Shown: positions 36,161 through 49,434, counted from the stretch's first letter. The stretch: DNA of 64,000 bases from the human T2T-CHM13v2.0 reference genome, Homo sapiens (GCF_009914755.1 NC_060939.1), one strand, 5' to 3'. Notes: generated by a model from the letters alone, not told the origin. Numbers and translations are program-made.

Positions 36161-36659
36161 CTCTTAGCAGTAGTTCAAAACGTGGGCTTGTGAATCCAAA
36201 AATGCCAGGTCGAGTCTTGACTCAAGAAAGAGCAATGGAAGTGGGGGAGACTGGGGCATCAGGCTAAGATGATAGCTCCATTGCACAGCATTATATTCAC
36301 ACAGCAGAGCCCAATGGAGGTGGGTACATACAGAAGGAAGAGGCATGCAGATGTGGTGACTTCAGAGGACCAACCAGACCTGAGGTTCAGAATCCAAGCA
36401 CAGAAAGAATAATTATACAGGATTCAACTGTATCAAGCTTCAGCCCTGAAACTTATTTAACAAATGTGAGTCAGCTGCCCCCATTGCTGTGGGTATAGGG
36501 TAAACACTAAATCAAGAGCTGAAGAGACAAAGTTGGGAATCTGGCAAGATTGTGATATAAAACTGGGCAGACTCGATAACTCTATTGGGTAGGTCAAAAT
36601 GACCAATTGCCCATTTCACATATATATTCATCTTAACACATATGTGCACACACACACAC

Positions 36660-36810
36660 CCACCTTATAAGGTAGGCATTATTTTCCCCATGTGATCAAC
36701 AGGAAAGCAGACAGGCATAAGTATAATTTGCTGCAGTTACAGACCTCAGGAGGGGCATGACTCAGATTTGAAACTAGATATGGCTGACTTCAAATCCCAT
36801 ATCCTTTGCC
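36660..36810 (-). mobile_element. MIR
   Basis: ggtaggcattattttccccat...agatttgaaactagatatggctgacttcaaatccc. Confidence 0.65.
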
Positions 36811-36899
36811 ATGCTGTTAATTAGAGATTACGGTCAATCAGATGATTGTTCACTTGAGGCAAGTGTCAAGAATCAGAAAGACTGAATAGAAGTACAAAC

Positions 36900-37445
36900 A
36901 AAGGATATAAGCAAAGAAAATTAAAAAAAAATCCCATGGCCAAGAAGCTATAAAAATATAGTCAACATTACTAATCACCAGGAAAGTAAAACTAAAGCAT
37001 TAGTGAGACACTATTCCTCACAAGGTTGTCAAAAATTATAGATGTTTGATAACATCAAGTTTTGATAAGAGTATGAGAATGTGGATAATCTTGTACACTG
37101 CTCATAGGAATATCAATTTACACAGCTGTTTTGGTGGGCAATTTGGCAATATCCTTTAAAATTTAAATAATCTTAATTTATCAACTTCACTCTTTGGTAT
37201 ATGTCCAAGAAGTATTTGTTCACAAAGATGTACACATACACACCGCAATATTTATACAAGGATGCTGACCGCAGCCTTGTCTGTAATCACAAAAAATTCA
37301 AAATCAATCAAAATGTCCAAATAGAGGAAATAAATACAAATTATAGTTGAGTACACTCCTATAGCTTAAAATTGAGTTAGATTAATGTGCACTGGTGTGG
37401 GAAATATATATTGTTAAAAAGATATATTATCAAATTCAAAAAAAT
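36900..37445 (+). mobile_element. Ancient L1M (L1ME-like) fragment
   Basis: tcaacattactaatcaccaggaaag, gggcaatttggcaatatc, aaatgtccaaatagagg. Confidence 0.65.
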
Positions 37446-37449
37446 ATTA

Positions 37450-37690
37450 AGCTCTATATGACACTATAATGCTAGACACATATCATTACGTATTTGTCCT
37501 ATCCTGCAGAATGTAAAACACCAAGAGTGAACCCTAACGTAAACTATGTACTTTGGATGATAATGATGTGTCAGTGTAGATTAATTAATTGTAATAATGT
37601 ATTATTCTGGGGAGGGATGTTGATTATGGGGGAAGCCATGCACGTGGGAAGGCAGGGGCATATGAAAACTCGCTGTGCCTTTCTCTCATT
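37450..37690 (+). mobile_element. L1MC1/2-type 3' end
   Basis: acaccaagagtgaaccctaacgtaaactatgtactttggatgataatgatgtgtcagtgtag. Confidence 0.8.
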
Positions 37691-37691
37691 A

Positions 37692-38132
37692 ATTGTAGTA
37701 CTGGAAGTCCTTGCCAGAGCAATCAGGCAAGATAAAGAAATAAAAGGCATCCACATGAGAAAAGAGGAAGTCAAATTGTGCCTCTTTGCAGATGACATGC
37801 TCTTATATTCAGAAAGATTAAAAGACTCCACCAAAAAACTCTTCGAGCTGGTAAATTCAGTAAAGATGCAGGATACAAAATCAATGCATGAAATCAGTAG
37901 CATTTCTATACATCAGTAATAAAACACTTGAAAAAGAAATCAAGGAGTTATTCCCATTTCTAGTGGCTACAAAAATACCTAGGAATAAATTTCACTGAGG
38001 AGGGGAAAGATCTTCGCAAGGAAAACCAGAAAACATTGATGAAAGAAATTGAAGAGGACACAAGTGGAAAGACAACTCATGCTCTTCAACAGAAGACTCA
38101 ATATCATATAATGACCACACTGCCCAAAACAG
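37692..38132 (+). mobile_element. Internal L1 (L1PB/MA-type) ORF2 RT fragment
   Basis: [37 protein letters not shown]; no 3'UTR or poly-A. Confidence 0.88.
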
Positions 38133-39474
38133 TTACTGCAATGAATCATCTGAGAACCAAGGGTAAAAGACAAGGAGGACAGCTAGCAGTCCCCAACACC
38201 TTGCCCCAGGCCAAAGGTGTTCCTGATATCAGGTTGGAAACCCAGCTGTGACAGAATTGTGCTTTTGGAACTGTTTATCCATTTCATTCCTTTCTATTGC
38301 CCTGGTGGCAGTGGTGGCAGTGGAGGCAAGGTGATCTTGACCTCAAAGAATACATCAAAGTTATTCTAGAAAAATCAATTGATACCAGCAGAAAACAACC
38401 ATACATGTTTTGCAGTCACATCACTCTTCAGAATTACCCCAGGACCTGAGAGACCAGGAAAAAGGGGCCAAACAGATGGCTCCAGCTTGGTGTCCCTATA
38501 AAAGATGTATTGAGAAAGAGTGTTTGGATTAAAGAGAAACCACAAACCATAGTTTCACAGTCCCTTGCAATTATACTCTTGGGCATAGAGCATAGAATGA
38601 TGCTTCCAATTCTCGTTGGCATTATGAGCAAGGGTAACCTATGTCCTGGCCCCTTCTTGGTTCCTGAAGAACTGAGGAACAGACTAAACAAGAGATAGAC
38701 CGTCCTCACACACAGCCAGGAAAAGAGTGTTGTCCCTAGTGGAGACAAGAGAAGGAACAGATCCTGCTTTCTGTCTTTCCTATACATGGGGGGACAAAGT
38801 TGCATGGTGAGAGGAGCAACTCTCAAAAGACTCACTAATGAAACCAAACAGTTCTGTTTATCAGAAAAAGAAATAAACATACACAAACAAATGGGACTGT
38901 GAACTTCTCCCTCTGATGATTCTGAGATGGGGGAATCCCCAAGCTAGCATAGAGCATGCCTCCAAAGCTCCCTGTGGTTAAACGTGCCAGCTGTAACTAG
39001 CCATGGAGCAGAGTAGCACCCCACAACACCCCCTCATAGACAAAGCCAATTACCTCAAAATGATGGAAAATGATTAGGCATGTGAATTAAAAAATAATTT
39101 TCATTCACACTCCTAAAAGGGTCAGACTGTCAGCTGTCTGGAAAATTGAGCCTTCATGCATTTTCGTTTGATTTTATATTCAAAGTCTAATTAGTCACAA
39201 TTTGTAGTTAAAAGTGATTTTTTTGATAATGTAGTTGTTTTTGATCGTGTTTGGCTGCATTATCATGGCAGCGTTATCCTTAATACTGTCACAGGGTGGT
39301 GTTTTTTACTCATCTGAGCTAATGAAATAACAAGCTGATGCTTTCTCAAGTGCTGCTGATCAAATCCAGAAAGATCACAAGATGCTTGCGATAGAATGGA
39401 GGAGACAACTGTTTCCATGTCTGGATTACATGCTTTTCATGTTAAAAGCAAGCAAACCAACAAACAACGCTTAG

Positions 39475-39680
39475 GCTATAGGGTCAGAGAAACCTGTGTT
39501 CAATCTAAGCTCCATCACTGTGTAACCGTGGGTGACTCACGTTTCCTCTCAGATCATAAGATTCCCCCAATGTAAACATGGAGATAACACTATCTCATGT
39601 GTTGTCGGTAAAAATAAACAAGTGTCAAATGCCTAGCAGAGTGCCTGGCCTTCAGGAGGCTGTCAACAGATGTTAGTGAA
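39475..39680 (+). mobile_element. MIR
   Basis: gtcagagaaacctgtgttcaatctaagctccatcactgtgtaacc...tagcagagtgcctggc. Confidence 0.7.
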
Positions 39681-41699
39681 GAGAAGCTCATTTGTGAGAT
39701 AATGAATTTATTTTTTCTTAACTTAGGTACGATCTAAATGATAGTATCAAAAATAGCCTATACTTAGAGCTTTAAAATGTAGAGAATTCTTTTATATATT
39801 ACATTGCTCAAACCTCCTGGTAGTTGATGATACATGTCATCCTGGAGAAATGAAATGAAGTGACTTGTTCAAAATTACACAAGGAGTGAATGGTAAAGCC
39901 AGGCCACACATCCTAAATGTTTGCACTAAACTGTTTTTTAAAGAGATGTTAGCACTCTCTGCAATACACAAGTCCTCCACAGAGTGTTGGTTGCCCATGG
40001 TAACGGGCCATAGGCAAAAAGCACAATCCACTTTAGTAGTCACTGGTGTTTTCTCTGTTCTGTTGGGAGATCTGAAACCAAACCTCTTTATGTCCGATGA
40101 GGGTTTGGAGCAAAGGCCTCAATGCCAATACCCACCCACTAAAACTGGAATAATCTATAAGTCAGTTTATATATCATCCAGTCCTGGTCTTCACAGCCTT
40201 AGGAGGAATTTTAATCTATTATTACCTTTTAACTCTGAACTGTTCTCATCCACGCTCTGAGAGAACAGGAGAAATGAATGGAATTCTGCATCTACTGTTA
40301 ACGTATTGTGGTCATGCTTCACATATACTGATGTGATTGATTATCTTAGGTAAGTGCATGCATTGTCACTTAAAGCAAACTTAAAAAAGTAAAGGTGAAT
40401 AAAAGCACAGTTTTGATTTGACACAAAAGACAAAATGTCTTAATAGTTCCTGTAAACAGGGAAAGTCCACTCAGTGATGCCAGTCAGAGGAGAAACCACT
40501 TAGAAAAGCAACAGTCTGGTGGATTAAAAAACCTTTTTGTCAAATGTAAAGGTCACTGAGGCAGTAAACACCTTAAAAGGAAGACAACAAATTTCACGCA
40601 TGAGAAGCTCAGCCTAAAACAAGACACATTGACCATATGAATGGATAATCCTATCTAAGTGGAAATGGACTCAGAGACATCATTTGGAGACTTAATGACA
40701 TTAAAAAAAAAAAAAAAGCCAACATTGGAGAGAACAGGCAAGTTCATGACTCCCCTAGATGCCACACACAGACAAGTGTCCTTGGTAATCTCAGAAAGTT
40801 CAGTAAAATCTTCTAGATGACCTGGTCTGAGGCTGTGAGCTAAACCTTGTGGTTTCTAGTTGCACATCATTCTGGTAAAAGGTCCACAAGCCAGAAGCTT
40901 CCCTCAGTCACACAGAAAACCCATTCCCTCTCCTTCCTTAATGGGAAATATCAATTCTGGGACAAGTCTTCCTTCAGGATGGGCTCATCTGCCCCATCTG
41001 CCCCCATTGGTGGAGTTAAGCAGAACAGATTGCTGGTGCTCAGGGTTAACTAATAACCATCATTGAGTGTGTGCCATGCAGGCCAACACAATAATCTTTT
41101 GGAGGAACTTGCTTTTCCATCAATTTACTCTCCCAATGCATTCCCCAGTGTGGCAAGTAATCAAGACCATCTGTATATGGTAATCTTGTAGGTGGAGAAG
41201 GGAATAGAGGTTCAGAAGGGAAATCCACCAAAAATGCCACATTGCTGATACAGGTTCCCAAGGCTCAATTTCCCTCTCTTGTGCTGTTACAACAGGACCA
41301 TCATAATCTAACTTTGGAAGTTTCCTACTCAGAGGAGTATGCTCCAAAACTCAGCCAAGTTTTCCACTTCCAACTGGGACATATATTTTGGACCTACTCT
41401 CTTTCACACCTTTTCTGGGGATGCGTACTCCAGTATCTACATCATTGAATTGGATTAAATCCAAGCTGCCTTCAATAATGGAGGGGACTTTCCATGCTGC
41501 TACATATGGTTGTGCAGATTTACATGGCAAAAAAATGGTTGTGCACTGCTTCAGTTCCCCAGCAAATATCTTTGGATTAAAATATCAAGTCATCTGGATT
41601 AAAACAAGCTGGATTCTAGGATTTCACTGCCCTTCTCATGTTGTGAGCAGATTTGTCTTTGCTGGGGCACTTAAAGCTGGAATCTATAAGATAGTTACG

Positions 41700-42123
41700 T
41701 TACTTGTTAAGGTTATTTGGTTGTAAGCAACAGGGAAAGTCTCTGGTTATAACTTATGACAAAAGAAACTTACTGGAATGGGAACAGGTAATTCTCAGAA
41801 CTGAAAGCCTACTTAACCAGAAAATAAAAGGGGACAGGAATCAAGGCGGGCCCAGGGTCGAGATAGAAGGAGCTATTTGATAAGTATTAAAAGAACTCCA
41901 TTCTTTCTAACCAGTGGTTACTCTCCTCAGTGAGAGCACCCAGTTAGCCTGGCTTAGATCACATGAGTCTTCCTTGACTGGTGTTGGGCAGAGAACCCTG
42001 ATTTGATGTCCCACCAACACTACACACAAGAGGGAAAGCAAGTTCCCCCAAAGAGATGAGAGTGGGCTGACACCAAGCAAAAGGAGTGAAGGCTAGACAG
42101 CCAAAAGCAGCAAGTGTCCACAA
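41700..42123 (-). mobile_element. Old MaLR LTR (MLT1K/L-like)
   Basis: tttggttgtaagcaacag...gcctggcttagatcacatg...gttcccccaaagag...tgtccaca. Confidence 0.55.
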
Positions 42124-42834
42124 TGACCCCCAGACTGTTCTTTTCCAAAAAAAGCATTTAGTACTCAGCATCTGTTACACAGAGCTCTGTTTAAGGAGCA
42201 ATGAGGAGACAAGTTCAGAACACTGTCTCTAAATTTGCTAAATAAAGGAAAAACACGTGCAAGATATATACCTCCACATCTATCCCAATTTGTAAGAAGG
42301 TTTTTAAAAAGCATGGCGGAGTAAATCATTTTCAAACTTTGATATGGAAAGTTTAATTAGTAGTAAATTACTTGTAACATATCTCATAAGTCCACAGCTA
42401 TAGAGCTTTGACCTAGAGAATCTGTGGTCCTAAAAGTTATTTTCAAAATCCATTCTATGCAGTCCCTCACTGGAGAGAGGGACTTTTTAAAGCAGAGGAG
42501 TGCTTTTTATCCACTTGTCACTTCCAGGGAAGTTTTCAGTTGAATCTAATATTTTCTGGCAAAACAAATGTATGAACCATTGCTCTTAAAGTTCAGAGTT
42601 AAGGTTCTCCGAGGTAGAAAGCTTCATAGAGAAAGGGACTTAGAGAGAAATGTGTTTGATTTAAATGAGGTTAGTGCCAAGGAGCGAGCTTTAGAAATGG
42701 AGAATGCTATGCAAAGGAGCAGAGGTGAACACATGCATGACTTGGTAGAGAATAGCAAAAAGCACAAACCTGACGGGGAGGGGAGCAGAACTACAACCTC
42801 TGCGCATCTGGAAAAGACAACAGCAAAAGCAACT

Positions 42835-42945
42835 TGCTGGTTGGGTTGCTGTAAGGATTAGATGAGATCACGTCTGTAATGCCCTTAGTGTGCGAACAGA
42901 GTGAATGGCACTTTAAAGAAAGTGTTCAATGAATGCCAGCTATGT
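42835..42945 (+). mobile_element. MIR 3' part
   Basis: gggttgctgtaaggattagatgagatcacgtctgtaa...gtgttcaatgaatgccagctat. Confidence 0.65.
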
Positions 42946-43159
42946 GTTGATTACTTTAGGCTCTGGAACAGATGATGAATGCAGGGCTTGGGAAAATGCT
43001 ATATCAAGGGCCTCTGCAGGGCCAGTGGGGCAGGCACTGGCCCTGTTGTTGCTGGGAAGGTTACCTGCTTCGGAAGGCACTCATGCTATGGGACTGGCAA
43101 TAAGGATGTGAGAGTAAATCAGTCAAAATGAACGGGACTTGATGACAACATGGTAGGAC

Positions 43160-43615
43160 AGACTCTAACCTCAAAATAAAAATAAAAATTTGAATTTAAA
43201 TCTAAGGGAACCACGTTGAAGGAAATTTGTTACATGGGTGATGGAAATGTTTTGAAGCTAACATAGGACTTGAAGCAATCTAAAATCTAGTGACAGGCAG
43301 GTAGCAAGTGCCACCCCTGGCTGAAGGGAAAGGGAGAAGATGTATTCCAGAGTCCAGCAGCTGGGATCACTGAGCCTAGGGTTTGTCAGGAGGAAAGTGA
43401 AGCCCCTGAGGAGTTCAAGAAGAGGTGGTCACTGCTGAGTTGCTTTCCCCAGAGAGCAGGGGCCACAATCCCCTGGCTTCCTTCTTCCCTACTCCAGGCT
43501 CCCAGAAGTCCCTCCCCATGGCTATCTCAGCCTGAAAGGCCAAAATAATGCAAGCGTGTAGAAGGAAGGTCAGGAAAAACGTAGGAATGGATCTCAGGGC
43601 AGGCCAAGGACAAAA
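43160..43615. mobile_element. Possible ancient ERVL-type LTR (LTR33/LTR16-like)
   Basis: Only patchy resemblance (ttgttacatgggtgatgga, ggaatggatctcagggc). Confidence 0.3.
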
Positions 43616-43802
43616 CAGATTCTGAAGAAAGTATCAATTGAAATAGATGACTCTCTAGAACTGTTCCAAGATAAACTTAGGCACATTAAAATTTTAATGA
43701 GTTTTTTGAGCATTCGTAAATTCACCAATCAGGCAGGACTCCATTGTAGGCAGTTCAGCACTCCATGGGGGGATATGGTGTGCAGAGGTAGAGAAGAAAC
43801 CA

Positions 43803-43899
43803 TTTATAAGATATTTACAGAAGCAAGGGCAAGGCTAGGCTTTGATTGGTTAGAGTGGAAAGTCCCTTACTTAGAAGTAAGTTAGTGGTTTCTGATTGG
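43803..43899 (-). promoter_or_regulatory. LTR core-promoter motif set CCAAT / NF-kB / CCAAT / TATA
   Basis: CCAAT 43895-43899, GGGACTTTCC 43857-43866, CCAAT 43845-43849, TATAAA 43803-43808; motifs seen, activity unknown. Confidence 0.5.
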
Positions 43900-43920
43900 C
43901 TCTGCGTAAGTTTCATTTAA

Positions 43921-44299
<379 letters not shown>

Positions 44300-44570
44300 C
44301 CAGTGTCCTTTTAATTAATTTTTTTAACAAAACAACTAGAAAGAGAAATAGGCAAGCTCAGCTTAACTCTTGTTTTAGACAAAGATGACTCAAGCCAGGT
44401 ATTTTGCTTTGATGAGGAGGAGAAGGAGTTGTGGGGCCAAGGGAGATAAATGGCTGGAGGGAAGGGGGCCTCTTCCAAGGAATGTCTCTTGTACTGGGAC
44501 TGTGATACCATCTCCTAGGATCCTGCTGGGAGGTGAGTGGGATATAACCCGCCATGGGTCTCTATGGATC

Positions 44571-44606
44571 TGTGTGTGTGTGTGTGTGTGTGTATGTGTG
44601 TGTGTG
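44571..44606. repeat. (TG)n microsatellite
   Basis: 18 dinucleotides with one TA interruption. Confidence 0.97.
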
Positions 44607-44657
44607 AATTTGGTCTGCCTTAGTTGGAAGATTCTTTCTTTAAACATTAATGTCACT

Positions 44658-44960
44658 GGCTAGGCACAGTGGCTCATGCCCCTAATTCCAGTATTTTGGG
44701 AGGCCAAGGCAGGCAGATCACTTGAGGCCAGGAGTTTGAGACCAGCCTGGCCAACATGGTGAAACCCCATCTCTACTAAAAATGCAAAAAATTTGCCATG
44801 CATAGGGGTGCACGCTTGTAATCCCAGCTGCTTGTGTGGCTGAGTCAGGAGAATCGCTTGAGCCTGGGAGGCAGAGGTTGCGGTGAGCCGAGATCGTGCC
44901 ACTGCACTACAGCCTGGACGACAGAGTGAGACTCCCATCTCAAACAAACAAACAAACAAC
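44658..44960 (+). mobile_element. Alu (Sz/Jb-like)
   Basis: Full dimer, (CAAA)n tail, TSD-like ttaatgtcactg on both sides. Confidence 0.95.
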
Positions 44961-46142
44961 ACCTTAATGTCACTGATTAACCTGCTGCTGGGGGTTCTTC
45001 TGCTTACAGCTTCTGTCTCTTACTTAACCTTGATCTTTATAAGTCAAACACTCGAGGTAAGCTTGCCTTACTATGACTCTTGTGAATGCCATGTTACCTT
45101 ATTGATTCCAACAGGAAATTTGAAAAAAGTAAACACTTTAGGGCAGAAAGATAATAAAAGGAAAAAAAGATGGTTAGAACTACCACAAATGAATTTATTT
45201 TAAGTGTTTCTTTTTTTTTTTTTTTCAGTAAGTCTTTAGAGGACATACCAGGACAACTAATATTAATTTCCCTTACTTAGTTTTATTTTGTAATTGAGCT
45301 GACCATTCATTGGATTGCATTTGACTGTTGATTTGGTGTGTTATGACTCCGTGGCCATAACTAGAAAGCTTATCATCCTCGGTTAGTGTATAAAGAGCTG
45401 GCAGCAGGAGCACCACTGGCTGTCTCATTTCTCAGGTATGATGTATCTTTGCCAGTCTTATGACTTTCACAGCTTTGGGTGAATAATACATCTGTGTTCA
45501 TATATCCTGTGATCACATTTCCTAACCCTAAGGAAATATTGGTAGAGGACCTCCATCTCCTTTATACTTGTAGCTAGAGTTTACTAAAGAAAGAGCATGA
45601 ACCAAAATAATAATTTATGAATAATATAGTGAGTAATGTAGCAGAGATAAGAGAAAAGCAATGTGTATAGAGGGGGCTGATTCATATTCAGATCTGTGTG
45701 TGTTCTTTTGTGGATCTACGAGGGCAATCTGGGACAAGGATATCATTTCAACTAGTTTTTTACCCCAAGGGGAAAGGGTACGTGTTTCCTTAGCTCTGGG
45801 GTTGAGTTAAACAATGTTGTATGTTCATTTTAGCCACTTCAGTGCCTACAAATTATGATTGAGTGTCTGTCTTCAAGCTGGCCTGGGTCCATATTAATAA
45901 TGGGAAAATTCTTCTCAACCTTCTCCAAACCACAGGTCTCAAAATTAGGCTGCAGGTCTTTTTAGGAACAAATCCATCTCAATGACATTTATATGCATGT
46001 TTATGTGTGTGGGTGTTTGTGGGTATGATTACATATATTCTCAAAAAGTATAAAATAGCTTTGGCAATAACCTTACATTTGCTACATCTACTTCAATTAA
46101 AATTAGGGAATAGTGTGTCCCAGGAAAAAGAAGCAAACTCAC

Positions 46143-46348
46143 CTTCACTGCCAGTTTAACATTTAGATCATCTTCCAAGTCACCTTCTGACATCACAGTG
46201 CTCAAAAGACTTTCTTTTCTGCTGCATGAATTGTTTTCCTTCCAGCCTCTCTCAGCTTGGTTACTGACACTTCCTTCTAGTTGCTTTAACTCCACTTCGT
46301 ATTGCAACCTGTAGCGCAGAAGAGCATCCAGATGCCCCTTCATTTCCC
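46143..46348 (-). other. Candidate exon (lncRNA or microprotein)
   Basis: T-rich tract plus tag|GGG acceptor, perfect AAG|GTGAGT donor, ATG-initiated frame open to the donor. Confidence 0.3.
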
Positions 46349-47299
46349 CTACTCAACAATAACAAAAAAACAACTTGCAACTGAATTAAGGAAGCAAAAC
46401 AAAAACAATTCTGGCAGACAATAAGTGGACCAAAGCAACTCAATATTTCATCCTCATGTTCTGTTTGAAGAGTTTCATGAGAATCTTGTTTATAATCCCA
46501 TTGAAAATAAAGTGCTCAAAAATAAAAGCTGTTTCATTTTTTCAAGCTCACTCTCCTTTGTTCATGGTACACTAATGGAACAATTTTTAAATAATGACTT
46601 AATTTTTTTTTCCTTGTGAAAGATGCTTTCTGCAATCAAAAGCGGGTTCTTTATTTTTGAGCTTGGCACTCACATTCATTAGGACTAGTTGCATCCAAGT
46701 AGTAGAGGCTTATCTGTTCAGCTGGAAATGGGACATTAACATTTTAAGAGGATGATGCAGAAGCTTTTAGAGATAATATTCTCCCTGCCCTATTCTGTTG
46801 ATGCTGTCTTAGAAAATGCAACATATTTTTTCCCTAAGCAATGATGAGTTCATAAAAAACAGGTTATTACAAAAGACATAATTTTTTTTGCAATCCTCCA
46901 TCACTTCAAAAAATCAAAATTTGGGTTACAAATAGAAAGTTTACCAAAAGGAGAGAAAGCCCAAACTAAGCACCCATCAAGTCCAAATCAACAATGAATA
47001 TATCTCTCTGTAAACATCCACCACAGTATAACAGTAACATTGCACGGTCCTAGCAGGCAGGCAACTGTAGTGGCTAAGTCTCACCCTTTCTCATTTTCTT
47101 TTTTTCCTTTTTTGTTTCTCCTCTTGTTGAAGGGATTTCTCTCTCCTCTGGCCTCCTCAAAAATTTCCTCCCTCAATTTCCCCCACTGTCTCCTGCTTCA
47201 TCACTTTCTTCCAGTCTGCCTTCTGGCTTACTCTCATTAGCAAACAAGCTCCACTATCTCAGTGTAACTAACCTTCCATTTCCCCATCCAAACTATAGC

Positions 47300-47530
47300 C
47301 TTATATCCCTCATTTTTAATAGTCAGACTTCTCTGGTGTTGTTTATGCATGCTGTCTCCAATTCCTCCTTTCCCATGCTCTTCAATCCATTCTCATCTGA
47401 CTTCTGTCCCTACCACTCCATAAAACCTTTCCTGGCCAAGCTCACCAAAGATCTCTGTTTTGGCAAATGTACAATTATTTATCCTTTTTAAATTTTATTC
47501 CCTCTCTTAGCAGGACCCAATAAAACCAAC
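47300..47530 (+). mobile_element. L2 ORF2 fragment
   Basis: tctgacttctgtccctaccactcc...ggccaagctcacca resembles GF.P.HSTETAL.KVT. Confidence 0.55.
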
Positions 47531-49351
47531 CATTCTTCCCCGTTGGTGAGAGGGACAAAATCCCCCTCCACTGGAAGGCAGAAGACAACGGACTTCCTAA
47601 CAATGTCCATTGTTTTGCTTTTTATCCAACTCTACCTGCCGTCAAGGTCCAGACTGTAACACAGCAAATGTAGCTCAGTCCTCATCTGCACGCACTTATA
47701 TTTTAAAAAAGATAAGGAGAAACTGACCAGAGTTTATTCTGTTAGAATTTCCATGAGAATCTCCCAGTTCAAAGGTGACTTTGGGCCAGCACTATGTTGG
47801 AATCCTGGTGGTTACCTTTTGAGTATCACAAGGAAAAACAATGCATTCAACTTATTTCTGTACCCCTGGTCTTTTACTCATATTTCATATACTGAAAAAC
47901 TAATGAAAACTCAAAGCAAATTTTATCCTTGAAAAATATCTTTGATTCTTCGGTTTTTACCCCTGTAGAGGCTCTTCTGAAGGCTATTCCAGGAATGAAT
48001 TCTGGTCACTTATCTTAGGCCAGTTGCTCTGTTTCTTTGCTAATTTTATGGATTTAAGTTAATCTGTTAATGAAACAGATGGGGACATGGGTGCTTGAAA
48101 GAACTATGCAGTTAGCTATGAAGAATAAACTAATTTATTAACTCTTAGCAGGGAACCATCTGAAGACTTAATTGAGATTTGTCTTTAGAACTCAGAGCTG
48201 TTGTTTCACTAGGTTATGTTTTCATGGTGTGCTAATTGTCCTCTAGGGAATCTATTCTTTGTCACTTTTTTTCTTTGCTGTCTGTCAGTGTTCTCTATCC
48301 ACTCTCCTCTCACTTACAGCTCAACAGTTTAGCCTGCCTGATGTTTCCACTTGTCATCTATCTGCCCATCAACCTATGTATTTCTGTCCTGCAGAGCACT
48401 GGGAATTGCAGGCACTTTGACAACAGAGCCAAATTAGCATCAACAGTAACCACAAGGAAGTCCAAGTGACTTCCTTGGAATCAGCCATTTGCTACCCTCA
48501 GAAGGAGTCACAAGGAGGCCCATCAAGCAGTGAATGGTACTGCTATGTCTCTCAAAACTAGGGTGTAGGGAGATCCGAGGAATTCTTACCCTGGGACATA
48601 TATGAAAACTAGCATTTCATTGCAAGAAGTTTTAATTTTCCTGTGGCCACTGCCTAAGGGGATTTTAAAGCACTGCCGGGTACTGCAGACATCTGCTTTT
48701 GATGGATTGCCAGTAGCATTTCCCACTCTAAGAGTCCTCAGTACAACACAGCCAGCTGTGTAGTCTATTTAACCACAGTGTGAAAACTTTCAGCCTTGAA
48801 ACTACCAGCAGGTAGGTCAATGGGTGCCTAGCTTCATTAGTTAACGCAACTTTCTATGAATTTATTCAGTGTCCATTGATAAGTATTAACAGGGGTCTGG
48901 GTGCAGGGAATATTGCTGAAGGTCCCCAAACCTACTCAGTTCCACCCATGATTATCAGAGAAGAGCCCTGCACACTGAATAACTCCACCCTTCCCCACCA
49001 GTCATCAAGACAGATGTGCATGCTTACAGACTAATTCCACACTTTCTCCACCCCTGGCCCTCATCCATGGAGATCTAGAAGGTATCCCAGAATGTAAACT
49101 TGCCTGCCCCCAATATTCACTATCACATACTTAAAGTCCACTAGGAATTAATCTCATGTTGCCCCTTATTCTAGTTTATATTGTAAGAAACTCCCAAATT
49201 ACAGGTCATCTTCAGCCCTCTTAGTTCAATCCCCGAAAGGCTTTGCATGTCACATCCTCTATTCCCTGCATCCACAACCCCCTGGCTTCTAAAACCTTTC
49301 ACTTCACCCCCTAGAATTCCCAGCCCATTGGCAACATAATCTCCTATATTT

Positions 49352-49434
49352 TTGAACTCCTGGGCTCAAGTGATCCTCCCGCCTCGGCCTCCCAAATTGC
49401 TGGGATTACAGGCATGAGGCCACCGCACCCAGCC
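49352..49434 (-). mobile_element. Alu left-arm 5' fragment (AluJ/FLAM-like, ~85 bp)
   Basis: ttgaactcctgggctcaagtgatcctcccgcctcggcctcc...cccagcc; flanked on both sides by tcctatatt. Confidence 0.9.

Noticed and set aside
38434-38886. 150-aa minus-strand ORF
   Set aside because: Non-ATG start, no homology recognised, unremarkable composition
40262-40355. Plus-strand 88-nt exon ending TAG|GTAAGT
   Set aside because: Good donor but weak GAG acceptor and no other support
47940-48260. Retroviral env transmembrane remnant
   Set aside because: Manual reading did not recover the LQNR/CX6CC signatures
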